DNA of 47,623 nucleotides, from the NCBI GenBank assembly GCA_003344405.1, contig NOWV01000326.1, positions 1-47,623 on the forward strand, read 5' to 3'. Positions within the stretch are counted from its first letter, which is position 1; each line of letters opens with the position of its first letter. The notes under the pieces are model-generated. The model saw only the letters and a program-made list of their open reading frames with translations. It was not told the DNA's origin and searched no databases. Shown here in pieces: positions 1 through 12,834 of this stretch. This stretch comes from Trichoplax sp. H2 (lineage: Eukaryota). A program made the position numbers and the translations under genes.

Positions 1-65
1 CAGACTCCTGGTACCTGGAAGAACATGGTAAAGAACATCGTAAGAGCATGCGTTTTAGGGTCCAT
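1..65 (-). CDS. Possible first coding exon of a gene running off the left edge (MDPKTHALTMFFTMFFQ...)
   Basis: ATG at 65 in a strong context (gcagcaccATGG), open frame to the window edge, possible CAG|GT donor, TACTG/CAGTA-rich region immediately upstream. No homology recognised. Confidence 0.25.
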   Translation of the reverse strand, partial: MDPKTHALTMFFTMFFQVPGV

Positions 66-1205
66 GGTGCTGCCGCACGTTGTACCGTAAAATACGGTGT
101 AAAGTACTGTACTGTAGTCATGTGACTCATGTCTACAGTCCGTTGAAGCCTTCTAGAGTCTAGATCTTATTATTAAGAAAGAGAAGAAAATGGAGCGAGC
201 TTGATATAGTACTATACATAGTGGCAATTGAGACCTAATTTCAATTTTTTTCAGTTGAGATATTGCTACGGTTGGGCCATAATGTACTGTACTGCTACCA
301 TATAAAAATGAACAATGCTATCCATTTATTTGATTTTAAAATACTTTTCTGTACTGTACAGTACAGTAAAAAATGAAATGCTTCGTTCGTACAGTACTAC
401 AGTCCTGTATACTGTACTGTACAGTACTGTACGTACAGTACTAATACTCTAGCTCCCATACTGTACTACTGTAGCACTGCAGACAGGCATAAGGAGCGTT
501 CGCGCCCTATATTAAATTGACGATGCGCACTCGTACCGACGAGCAACAGGCAATGGCTACTATGATTATATATAATTATAGATAGATTAATTATAATTAA
601 GAAAGTGTGGATCATCAACCTAACTCTGACCCATAGAGGACCGCAGCTATACTACACGATAGAATATAAAAACAATTTCATCCGTTGCAAGAAGCAGCTA
701 TGATATTCTTCTTAACAGTAAATACTCGTAAGCATCGTAGCAATGGCCTCCGCGGCTACTCTTGTCCAATCCTAAGTCTAGGACGTATGGTTTGATGCAT
801 CGACGTCGATTTCTATCGATAAATCTCAAGACTATAGCTATCAGATATTATTCGATTGCTTTGCATTCGATGTACTGTAGTGCATTAGACCTGTTTATAG
901 TGCACAGAAATTTATAAAAGTCATAGGCAATTCCATGTCATGCCATGTATACTTTTGCACATTCTGATCAAGTCGAATACGCGTACACGTCGTACAGTAC
1001 GGTATATTACGCAGGAGATTATTTTACTGCACTTATAAAAGCTTAATTAAGCCATGAGAAATGCTAAATTCTCATTCCAAATCTGACCTAAACAATTCTG
1101 ATTCTAACAGAATGGATTCTATATTAACTTTATAGAATGAATGAAAAAGTGAAATTAATACTATACAGATAGAAGAGAATAGAATTTATATCACCGATTA
1201 TACTA

Positions 1206-1247
1206 TACTATCTGTACCGTCAGTAAAGCGACGGGAGCTTGCACTAA
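1206..1247 (+). mobile_element. Internally deleted Helitron-like 3' terminus (hairpin + CTAA|T)
   Basis: ccgtcagtaaagcgacgg hairpin, then gagcttgcaCTAA|t. Homologous to the copies at 1386-1500 and 8270-8382, and followed by an (AT)n run. Confidence 0.55.
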
Positions 1248-1385
1248 TATATATATATATATATATATTATACAGTATGAATGAGTGGGTAAGAGTGTTC
1301 CACATAGCTAAAAATGGAGAGTTACTGTAAGATTAGAGAAATGCGGTATGTATATCAGTATATGTCATACACTCTACTACTCCAC

Positions 1386-1500
1386 AGTACACGGTATAAA
1401 GTTACTGAACCTCTGACAGGTCTACGACAAATGGTAATACTATCTGTTAAATGAGCACATTATCGTAAACCGTCAGCAAAGCGACGGGAGTTTGCACTAG
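1386..1500 (+). mobile_element. Dispersed repeat ending in a Helitron-like 3' terminus (hairpin + CTAG|T)
   Basis: ~115 bp, highly similar to 8270-8382. GC-rich hairpin ccgtc-agcaaagc-gacgg (1470-1487) lies 9 nt upstream of CTAG (1497-1500), followed by T. Confidence 0.65.
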
Positions 1501-2245
1501 TTATCTTTTAAACGACGACCTTAGAAACTCCTAAAATTTTAAATTTAATTCAATAAGAGCGACTAACAGTAAGGCATATTGTCGTGGGAAAATTGAAAGA
1601 TAACTGCTTCTTCACGACTACAAAACGTTACATGTGGGCACTCATATATGGGCATACATATATGCAGTAGGTTACGGCCAATGTCCGAAGTTGGCCGATA
1701 CGCGTTTGGCCGGCCAATATTAAGGCGGTGATAGAATTATAGGTACAATATATTTTTATTGATTCGTCAACGATGTAATCCACAATTATATGCAATACTA
1801 CAAATTTAGATCGATTCTGGATATTAATACTAGTATACTTCAATTGCTAACTCCGTCAAGATATAGACGATCAGTTGAAGATGTACAAGGGTCAAATTTG
1901 ATAATATCGATGTACGAGTATTTTAATAATCTTAAAAAATTATGCTTCCCTATTTCAACGCGCCATAGTTGACTTGGAATTGCCATCAACTTTATCAAAC
2001 ATCATATGATAAATGGGTAAAGCATTTCGTATATTTTACAAATGGAAGTACTCTCTCACCAGACACGGTATTCATTCATATTAATAAAATTTTTACTTTA
2101 CGCATACCTAAATATGAATCCGTATTATAGATGTAGTACACCTTTATATCTGGCATGCACATTAATTAACGAACAGATAAAGTCTGTCTAGCAATATTCA
2201 TGCAGATATATTTAAGTACAAAGTCATAAATCTAATTCTGTAATA

Positions 2246-3936
2246 TCAGTAACAGCCTTTGGGCTCCTCGAAGATCTGATAAGTAAATATTAGCGGAAAT
2301 ATACAGAAGCTACCAATACAAGATCCTATCACCATAACAACACCGCTCCAGACTAATGCTACCTTGCCTTTCTCTCGTAGTAGTAAGCAGGCAGTTACCT
2401 TAGTATAGGTAACTAAAATAGTATTTATAACCCAGATAGAGACCTATAGGTAAGACAAGAATATATATACAACGGAAAATGATTAACTAATTTCCACCTT
2501 ATGTAAGGAAAAAATTTTTTATTTCTATTGCTGTATTTTACAAACTTATCCCGAACTTGACGTACAATCAGAATTGAGCCTTGCACGGTGTTGTGTAACG
2601 GAGGATATGGACTCATCACCGCTGATGTTATAATAAAAATGCCGGTTGCTCTTGATAGCGTCGAAGTGTAAAAAACTGCAGTCATAGATCGATACTTAAA
2701 CAGCAAAACTGCGAAAACAGATGATAAGGGATAGGTAACAGCAACTGATGCCACAGTTCTATGGTATGTCTTCAAACCGTATGGTAAGCACGAAAAAGGT
2801 TGGATTGAGGGCAAGACACCGTTGCTGATGCAGAATGCCCAGCCTTCTGTTAAAAGTAGAATAATATAACGCTGTTTATCTGCATGACTTACCCATTCCA
2901 CAGCTTTGTTCGATTCATTATCAGTTTGATATCTGTCTTGATTTGTTGATAATCTTTCACTTTCACTTGTTTCCATGTTAGCATTGCTTGCCTCTTCGCA
3001 AAAGGGTAGGCAAAATTTAGCCATTTTAGGTGTAATGTAATGACTATCGTTTATGTGAGACGTGAACAGTCGATTTTTCATTCTTCTACAACGTCCATCT
3101 TGTTCAGATTCGCTATCACTAGTTTCATTACTAGTTGATACCCCATTTCTTGTCTGAAGTTGAATTTCTGCCTCATTTAATATATCACGTTGCATACGAA
3201 ATATATTCTTTTTTATTTTTCTATCATAAATTCTGACAGATAAAGGTAGATGATCAAGGACGGTGAAACTTACGAGTGATATTAACAGAAAAGCAAATAC
3301 AATAAAAAATAACGCATCTGGACCAAATATTGGATTTTCACTGACAGTAGTGCCATTAGCTTTACTGATATTGAGATGATGATGACATTTTGGTCCATCG
3401 GTTACATCCTGTATCAGAATAGCTATGCCAGGTATTAGTGAACTTAGACCGTCTCCGATAAATATACCAGTGATATAAATTTCTGGATAATCAGCCATGT
3501 AAGGTAAAAACGTTACAATAGACATGCAACCAACAAGTGAAAAGATAAATGCTATGAAATATAGAGCTACTGAATGCTCAAATGTGCTCATAGCAGCGAA
3601 TGTTTTATTCCAAAATATCGCTAGAGCTAACGAGTTGATAACGGCTACTATCAGTAAGATATAAATAAAGGGAGCCTCATTGAATCTTCTTGGATGATAA
3701 TAGTAAGCGAGGCCATAACATGCTGGTCCAATCGCTCCTAAATGACTAATTATAGTTAAAACTGCAGGTAGTTGTAGGCCGCCAGGTGTACGCGCCACTA
3801 ATAATGGTGTTTCTACCCAAATACCATTCGTACCAATCCATGAGCTCATGCTAAAAATACATACTAAAGTAAACGTTAACCAGGAAATTTTGCTTCCTTG
3901 TCTTATTACTTCTCCATCTCCCGTATTATCGTTCAT
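2246..3936 (-). CDS. SLC52: SLC52-family riboflavin transporter, 2 exons (3936-2566, 2443-2246), 522 aa
   Basis: N-terminal motif LVCIFSMSSWIGTNGIWVETPLL...LPA, plus NGVLPSIQPFSCLPYG and MSPYPPL. A GT-AG intron at 2444-2565 restores the expected C-terminus (VSIWVINTILVTYTKV...GSCIGSFCIFPL...CY*). Confidence 0.92.
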
Positions 3937-6467
3937 GATACCAATTTTGTTGCACGCGAGTACATTGCATTGGTACGAATATAATATAGATATTGTGTAA
4001 TAGTATGCGCATAATGCATTACTAAATCAACCATATGCCAACGTAATTTATGCAATCTGTTATTATGCGACCCAGATGCAATATTGAATTATGTTATATG
4101 TATTTAACTGCAAGCCTGATTTATGCTTTAATAAAACTACTGCTTAAAATATTATTTTGCATATGCTTAGAATACCATCATTCCTTAAAGATTGACTGTG
4201 AGCCGCAGTTTTTATTTCTTACTGATCATAACTATATTCCATTCAGTTATACACATTGAATTCTATAAATCATGTGTATATGGGTTTACATCAGAGCTAT
4301 ACACTGAGCTCTTCAGGCATAAATACTAAAGTACATAAGATACTACTACGATGCTGGTAATATCACAGAAAGATAATATTACTCTTAAGATTGTGAAAAA
4401 CTAATATTATCTTTTAAATATTCATTCTATTTATGCTCTAATTAGTAATTTACAATAACCTACTAATTAGACGTAATGCGATACATATTTTAGATTTTCT
4501 TTGATATTTCTAAGTGCAGTTAGCAAGAAAAGCTGGAAACTGTCAATGCTCTTGTAATGATTGTACAAACGGGTTCTAGAGTTTATTTACTTACAATGTA
4601 ACCGGTAATGCACGCAATTTATTTGTATGTTACTAACTTTGATTACTCGTCTGACTGATTTGTACTATTTTCAATAGTTATAGCTCGTGTGATAATAGCA
4701 TTATTCCCAGCTTCATAGGGGGGTATTAATTAAACTCTTTCAGTTAGCTAAAATAATATAATATGGTTTTCCTTATGTTTGTACCTCATCTATATATGAT
4801 TCAATGTATGCAGTTATACTTTATTTATAAATGATAATGAATTATTATTGTTGTTTATGCTGTATGTAAAAGCTGGTCGATGGTATAAGACATGTATTAT
4901 AACATTACCGTTCAATAAAAATGTACCTAAATTATCATTAAAAATTATGTCTTTAGAAAAAAATTGTTGCACTGCGACCAATGAAGCGTTAGAGGATAAC
5001 GACGGTTGATAATTCAATTAGTTATGTATGGGATTACCTCACAGGAATAAGATCTGACGGAGATCTTGCATGAAGTTGTTATTGTCATTTATAATTTTCG
5101 TAACCGGTAAAAATTACCGGTACATTGCATATAAAAGCATATTAATTTAAATGACGAAACGGGTTTAATCTCTCAACTCATTCGTTCAGTTGATTACGGA
5201 CGGTTTCGTATCTACTTGCATACTTCGGATACAACTATTATCTACTATAAATAGTATAAAATTTAACTTATTACAATATAAAAATGTAAATGTACACCAA
5301 TCATCATCAATCAATTCAATCACATTAATTTGGTTGTACGTGTGCCCCGTTGTTTATATGAAATCCTGTGTACAGCATGTTGAGATTAAACAATGCATCT
5401 GTATCTACTGAACTTTGTACGTGATTAATTGTACGTGTATACAGTATTTCCTACTTATCAATATCATACCTTTACTTCAGATTATTCAGTCTTCTTAATG
5501 TAGATTTTGTCAGCTACTCGTATGAACACGTTGTTCATACAATAAAACTATAAAAGCGTATGAGAAACCTAATTGTGAACACTATTAACAGTAAGAAATC
5601 GCTAACAGAGAGATACGTACATGAGATATCTAACGGCCACAATAAAAATACAGAAATATGATTATGGTAGATGCGATAAAACTATAGTTATATTTGATAT
5701 GTAATTATGGGGCTTACTCGTAGTCTGTCGCCAAAGTAACAGCCGTATGTATTTCTATACGACCTCGGCCTGAGACTAACCGTTAGTGATCTATTCGGTA
5801 ACCGCTACTCAATGGCTGCTGAAGTATTTGTATATTAAATTTGTAGTTTATTACTGTAGAAGTCTAAATCATTACGATTATTCACGTGTTTGAACTAATC
5901 GTGTTTTATAACTGTCGAAAGATACTATATTACTAATGAAACCGATTTATTGATGGTTTTGATAGCTATGATAAACAACACCTATACTTTACTAACGCCT
6001 TTTCAACTTTCACAAGTATCAATTTACGTATAGTAGCTACGTAATTTTAACATAACTTCAATAGATATCAGCAATAATAAAATTTAAAGAACAGTGCTGT
6101 ATTTTAACTATGTCAATATGGTCTAAATAAATACCATCAATTTATCGTATCTCTAGAGTATGCATTAGGGATAAGAAAGGTAAAAAATTATTGCTCTGGG
6201 TACCTGTTGCGATTACCTCACAATTTGTTTTAAAGCTAATTTTCATTTGAATGTGGTGAAGTCATAAATATATGGCATAAATATGATATGAAGAAGTTGA
6301 TACCATATATCTGTTCAAGAATAGACTTATATTTAAAGCAATTTTGCTAAAAATTAATGATACCAATACTGTTGTGAACGAAAATACTATCGCTGAAGTA
6401 TGCGGTAAAACAAGCTGTAAATTAGTGCATCATGTAGATTTATTAATACAGAAACAGCGTTGTTTTA

Positions 6468-7987
6468 TCAGAAAGCGTCGACATCAGAGTTTGATAGCAT
6501 GCGTTTAACAGCTTGAAAATGCTTTAACATATATGTCTTGTCCGCATAGAATTGTTTTGATATTTTTTCGCACAGCTCATCAGGAATTACATTTAATTTT
6601 TTTCCGGTTGCAGAAGCAAGGACCTGTCATGAGTTACATAATTTATTTTTATCAGTATTTGCCCATTAATTACAGGAGTTTTTTGTAGTTGCTGTTCAGA
6701 TTAGATAAATGATTGATTGATTATGATTACTGTTATACTTACTTGATACATGCAGGCCCTTTCAACATAGTAAATTGTATCGAAAGCTTCGTGAATAGTC
6801 GATGCAGCAACAAGAACACCATGATTGCCCATGAATAATATAGTTTTATCACCTAGCACACGAGCAAGTCTATCACCTTCCTCATCTGCTGTTGCCAAAC
6901 CAGTATATCCCAGATCAAAAGCAAATCTATTGTAAAATCGAGCAGAGTTTTGATGTATCATTTCAAGTACTGGATTTTCTAAACAAGCGACGGAGGTTGC
7001 ATAAGGCATGTGGCAGTGCATAACACATTTAACGTCAGATCTGGCACGATATATGCCAAAATGAATCTTCATTGCGGTAATATCAGCCTCGCCATCACCT
7101 AAATCAATCCAATAAATCAACCAAAAAAGCTATTATAAAGTAGTCTTTAATTCATTTTTAAGGTATTCTTTCCTAAATAGCTAGCAAGTCGTTAAAATAA
7201 ATAATAACATCTAAAATACAGTATTAATCCAACTTTGTGCAGCATAGGCCTACTTATAATAGGATCAGCGAACCCTAATTGTCATTATTACAATAAGTAT
7301 GAAGGGTACATGATGAATACAATGGCAGAAGTAAATAGACAAAGCACAGTAAGGCAAAAAAATAGGATAGGCTCTATATTGACTATCTAAATCCACCATA
7401 TTAAGACTAACAGGATAAATTTAAAAATTAACCAAGGTCCAAAAAATGATGGTCATTGAATCGCTTCGAAATAGTTTAAATCGCAGATTTCTATTTTTAC
7501 ACTTGAATTAATTACAATACTGTACAGTATATCCGTGCTAGTGGATTGTCTACTGTGGATTCATGATTTAAAAAAGCAGCTAGTGAAGAAATTGAGCACG
7601 AACACTGATCCTAAATTGAATTGTAAACTTTCACTTTGTTATTATTTGGTTCATACCTTCCACGAGTTTCTCATTTGAGTTTAGGCCCACTAACTTATCA
7701 GGTGTAACTTCGCACCAATGTAATCCATACGGAATTACTAATGCAACGTAATCTTTGCCTTTACGAGCTGGTGCAATCGCTGTAAGATGGTTACAAATTC
7801 CTTCTGACAGACCGTATTCGAATATACCACGGTAAGCCGTAGCAAGATCTTCACGTACGTTGTTATTATTCCATTTCGGACTTTTTGTGCTGTCATGGCG
7901 AACATTTGTTAAATTATATACTGCACCTAAGTTGGCACTTCGTTTAAGAGCTTGTCTCAGCGAGACACGCATCAAATGGGCGGCCAT
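6468..7987 (-). CDS. Class II aldolase/adducin N-terminal-domain protein with putative mitochondrial presequence, 3 exons (7987-7657, 7098-6743, 6623-6468), 280 aa
   Basis: Motifs REDLATAYR, EGICNHLT, PYGLHW, metal-binding HCH and GNHG, YYVERAC. Canonical GT-AG introns keep the frame. The N-terminus is Arg-rich and acid-poor. Confidence 0.9.
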
Positions 7988-8714
7988 GTTACCTGTTAAC
8001 CTTTACCGTAACCAAACTGCTGCTTGAATACTCCACGCTAAACCGAACCTCTTATAACCCCCTATGGTACTGTACGATGCGTTTTACCGTACAGTATTAT
8101 ACTGTACGGTATTGTTACTGATCAGTAGGGTCTCTACTATACAGTACAGCACACTGTACAGTACAGTACATTATCATGGATCGGATAGACAGACTTTTCA
8201 TACAGGATGCCCTCCTGTATCAGTTTTCTAAATCACTCTTATTAATTTGAATAGTAGTACAGACTACAGAGTACACGGTAAAAAGTTACTGAACCTCGGA
8301 TAGGTCTATCAAATGGTAATACTATCTGTTAAATGAGCACATTATCGTAAACCGTCAGCAAAGCGACGGGAGTTTGCACTAGTATTACTTAATTTAGAAA
8401 AATTAGTCTATTCAGAATCGACTATCTGCATACTAAAGTACTGTACTGTCATAATAAAGTGTTTGATACAATTTGTTGACCAAAGTTAGCCTGGAATGTC
8501 TGTCCATCTAAAAGAGTGTCTTGTACTTCCAGTTGTCCATGACTATACTCAGTGGATTATGCACTAGTACAGTACTGTATTTAGTAATGTTGAACATAGA
8601 CAATGCAATAAGGCCCATTTGCTGCTTACTGCTGTTCTCTCATCTTGCAATTAAATACTACTAAAGCAAAAGCAATAACGCATTAGTCAGCATACGATCT
8701 AGCAATTGTTGACT
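7988..8714. promoter_or_regulatory. Probable bidirectional promoter between the class II aldolase gene and PNKP
   Basis: Divergent ATGs at 7987 (-) and 8715 (+), ~730 bp apart. The region contains TACTG/CAGTA arrays. Confidence 0.55.
8270..8382 (+). mobile_element. Dispersed repeat ending in a Helitron-like 3' terminus (hairpin + CTAG|T)
   Basis: Near-identical to 1386-1500. Homology stops within a base or two of CTAG|T (8379-8383). Confidence 0.65.
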
Positions 8715-11700
8715 ATGGCCAAAGTAATGGAATGTATTTTGGTGCCTGATGACGAAACTTTGCCAAAAATTCATCTAGATGATGGAAAATTAGTGACTTT
8801 AGGAAGAAGTCCAGCTACACAAGTACGCTGCAAAACGTGTGCTCGACAACAAGGTAAATGAGCTACAGGTTAACAGTCAACATACCACTAATAACCATGC
8901 TAGCTTTAGTAGCCAGCTTGCATAGCTGTACTCTCCAGGCCATATCATTAAATTAGTTTGATTAAGATATGCACTATCTAATATACTCTTGCTTAAAGAT
9001 AGCTAGCAGCTCGAATCGGTAATAATAAAAATAATAATAACAATTCTGTAGCAGTAATGGACAAATTTATAGGTATTTCTGCGCGTAGGTCTGTCAATTC
9101 TTTGAATCGTTGCTTGCTAATAATAATATGTATGTAATGATATAATGTATAAGTACACCACTATTATTATGAATACTGTTAGTAAAACTTATTTTTACGC
9201 TATAAGGATGGCCTTTTTGTGCTTTTTCTATAGTTCAAGTTATAGCAAACTATGAAAAAAAGCAACTGCAGCTTACACAGGTTTGGAATGCAAGTTAGGT
9301 CTTGTTCGAGACTATAGTTGCGCCTGTCTCGTCTTCAACATCATTAAAACAGTGCTTTATTCGTGGGTTATTTTTAAAAATCTTTAGATAGGAAAAAATC
9401 CTAGCAGAGTAAGCGGTCGATTACTGGAACCGCAAAAAACATGCATTCTTAATCCAAAAGAGAAATTTTCGCTATTGCGCAACAGTTTTGGATATGAAGT
9501 GCAATTTTTGAGTCAATCATCGCAAGATCAAATCACCTCGAAAAGACGATATGAAGACATTGACAGGTCCGAATAGGATACAGGAATTATTTTGCAATTT
9601 ATTAGTAATATTTACGCTTATTACCATTAATAAATAGTATTTTTATGGTACAATACACAAGGATAAATATACTGATGACATAATTACTCAGATATAGCAT
9701 AACAAATAATTCGATCGTTTTTGCATTAATCTGGTCCTGTACTGAGTAGTTGCACCGAAGCGGAAGAAAGAAAAAGAATGAAACCCACATTGCATATAAC
9801 AATGCAAAGTGTATTGCTTAAAACACCATATCGGGTCATTAAATCACTGGAAGAACCAAATTATAATGGCTGGACTGATTTCAGAGGCTTGTTAATTTAT
9901 ACGTCTGATAATGCAAATCCATCGACTAAGGTACTCGTATGTAACGTACTATTGCTTTACCTAGGTAGCGCATTTTCGAAAATTATTAAACTTTTTTACT
10001 AATTTGGATGTAATTCTGTTTCAAGATTGCTTCCTTCGACCTCGATGGAACGCTTATTGACAGCGGTACATCTAGAAAGTTCTCAGATCAATGGAGGTTA
10101 CTAGCATATTGATGATTCATAGATTTATTTAGCTTTTTTATCTCAAAATCTGCAGTGTTAACCTGTTGTCAAATCATTAGATTCGCTTTTTCAACTGTAA
10201 GAAGTAAGCTGCAACAATTGAATAAAGAAGGATTTAAAGTAAGCTTTCCAGTCAACTTACAGTTAATTTAGATCGTCAGTCATATCTTAGAACATTTGTA
10301 AGTATATTTTGAAAACCGTGTGGTATGCGTACACTATACTTAAATTTCTTTTATCTATTTGCAGGTTGTAATATTCTCGAATCAGGTGCATTATCACGTA
10401 TTCGTCGTTCACTATTAATTACAGCATTATTAGTATAGTTAAATCTCTATTCTATCGCATCACACGACAGCTAGGAATTGGCAATAAAATGGTAAACAAA
10501 GAAAGCTTTAAGAAGAAGATAACAAATATTATCAACTCATTGGGGGTACCAGTGCAGGTTCGAATAGATCGATTATAAAATAAGTACACTTTGACATTAT
10601 CTCGGTGTGGAAAATTGTTCGTTAAGGTGTACTATACAGTACAGTAGAGTCAATTGTTGTTCATGGATCAACGAATACACTTAATTTTTTCATTATTATG
10701 ATATGCATATTTTATTCTTAGGCATATATTGCTACAAATCGAGATATATATCGGAAACCTTTTGTAGGAATGTGGCAGTATTTAATATGGAAGGTAAAAT
10801 ACAGTATTAGTAAGTAATACTCAATGCTGTTAATTTACAGACGGTATCTGAACATCTGAACTTATAAGATGCAATATTTTCTGAAAAGCCTAACTGTATG
10901 CTTGAAAATAGATAAAAATGGACCGTATGATAATTGATTACGTAACACTTATTTAATTAAATAGGCAAACAACGCTATGGCTGTCGATTTGGAAACCAGC
11001 TTCTTCGTTGGAGGTCTAACTTTACAATTTTAGTTTACGTTGTAATAGAACGTATTGAAGTGTGTTTAAATGAATACTTTTAAATTGTAGTAGTGATTGT
11101 CGATACTGGTTTGTAATTTACATCATGTTTCTATTACGAAATTAATTTTTATATTTATATACGAAATATTCCCCTAACACAAAAGATGCTGCTGGAAGAC
11201 CTGTAAATTGGCAACCGGGCAAACGAAAAGATTTTTCTTGCTCGGATAGGACTGTATGAACTTATCAGTTACTAAATTTTATTTCTAAAATATTCCAATA
11301 TTTATGACTAAAAGTGTATTTCAAGATCTTCACTGTAATTGTCTCTCTCTATAGTTTGCAGCAAATATTGGGTTAAATTTTTATACACCTGAAGAATTTT
11401 TCATCAACGGTAGAAAGGCAATCTTCAGCTGGCCTAGTTTTGATCCTGTATGTGCAGCTGCTAAATGTTATTAAATCCAGATTTGCTTAAGAAATATGCG
11501 TCTTATTGTGTTACAGCGTAACTTTACGATAGAAGGAACGTTGTGTTATCCCTCTAACGTTGACCTTACGAACAGCCAACAGGAGGTAGGTACTAATACA
11601 GCTAAAAACATGAAGTTTATTTGCGAATGTCGTCTCAAAAAAATTTCGAAAACTGTAATGCTGCAGTATTCTATGGTAGTTAAGAAGATACTCAGTTATA

Positions 11701-12834
11701 CCACGATTTCTTTGTTGTAGATGGTGATTCTTATTGGGATGCCCGGAGGTTGATTGTTATTCTTACCCAAAATTTTACATAATAAAACTGTATAAAAGAA
11801 TGAATCATTACACATGTGATAATAACTTCAGAAAGTTATTATTATTTGTGACTTACTAATTTAATAGGAGCATGTACTATTCATTTATTACTTTTTACTT
11901 AATAGCCGGTAAAAGTACATTCGTAAGAAATTACTTGAGCCCACGCGGATATGTAGATGTTAACCGGGTAAGGTTAATTCTAGTATCCTTCGATATAATT
12001 ATATCATTATCTTTTAATCAATATCACTTTAAATTACCATCAGGATAAATTGAAATCTTGGCAAAAATGTGTATCTGTTTGCACTGTATTACTGGATAGA
12101 GGTTCCAGTGTTGTTATAGATAATACAAATCCAGATAAGTTTTCAAGGAAAAGGTATTCAAATCGCTTACTGCTACTGTCTTTGCATTGTACGGTATATA
12201 TGTAACATATGGATTTTTAACTGTACTTATGCTGATTGGCAAATTTTTAGAATAAAAGATTGAATGCGTAATCTCTATACTACCTAAATATTATAGGTAT
12301 ATTGACTGCGCACGGTCTAAGAAGATACCTATTAGATGTTTTATATTCACAACATTGGAAGAGATCGCTAAGCATAACAATAAGGTAATGCATTGCTCTA
12401 GAAAAATATAGTAACTTGTAGTATTCTGTAGGATTGTAACATGGCGAGACAGTTATCTCACCTTGAAAACGGAGAGCATACAAATAAACGGACTAACTCC
12501 TTTTAGATTCGCGAAGCTACTGCTGAGGAAGGATACCAATCAGTTACCGAGATTGCTTTCAACACCTTCAAGTTCGATTATCTTCTAAGTTATAATATTG
12601 TTATCTTTAGTATCCATTTATCATTGCTATGCTTAGTTTTCTAACATTTCTTGTGCAAGGGAATTTTTATTGGGTACTTATAACTTATAGATTTAAATAT
12701 TTCTTTACTTGAAAATTAGGTCTAGATATGAAGAGCCCTGCTTGAGTGAAGGTTTTTCTGATATTATTAAAATCAATTTTCTGTGTAAGTTTTCAAACGA
12801 GTATGAGGAACTGTTCTACAAGCAACTTACATAG
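8715..12834 (+). CDS. PNKP: Bifunctional polynucleotide kinase/3'-phosphatase, ~19 exons
   Basis: FHA exon LGRSPATQVRCKTCARQQ (8715-8853). HAD motif IASFDLDGTLI (~10026), VVIFSNQ, YRKPFVGMW, SFFVGDAAGRP...KRKDFSCSDR, FAANIGLNFYTPEEFF. Walker A GMPG|AGKST, VNR|DKLKSWQKC, VVIDNTNPD. C-terminal YEEPCLSEGF, TAG at 12832-12834. Confidence 0.95.

Noticed and set aside
1676..1718. GC-rich inverted repeats (cggccaa...ttggccg; ttggccggccaa)
   Set aside because: Short, single-copy, and with no recognisable RNA family or associated gene.
2425..2565. C-terminus of the 503-aa ORF (VRQVRDKF...SLSGL)
   Set aside because: Mostly read-through into intron 2444-2565. The spliced exon 2443-2246 gives the family-typical C-terminus.
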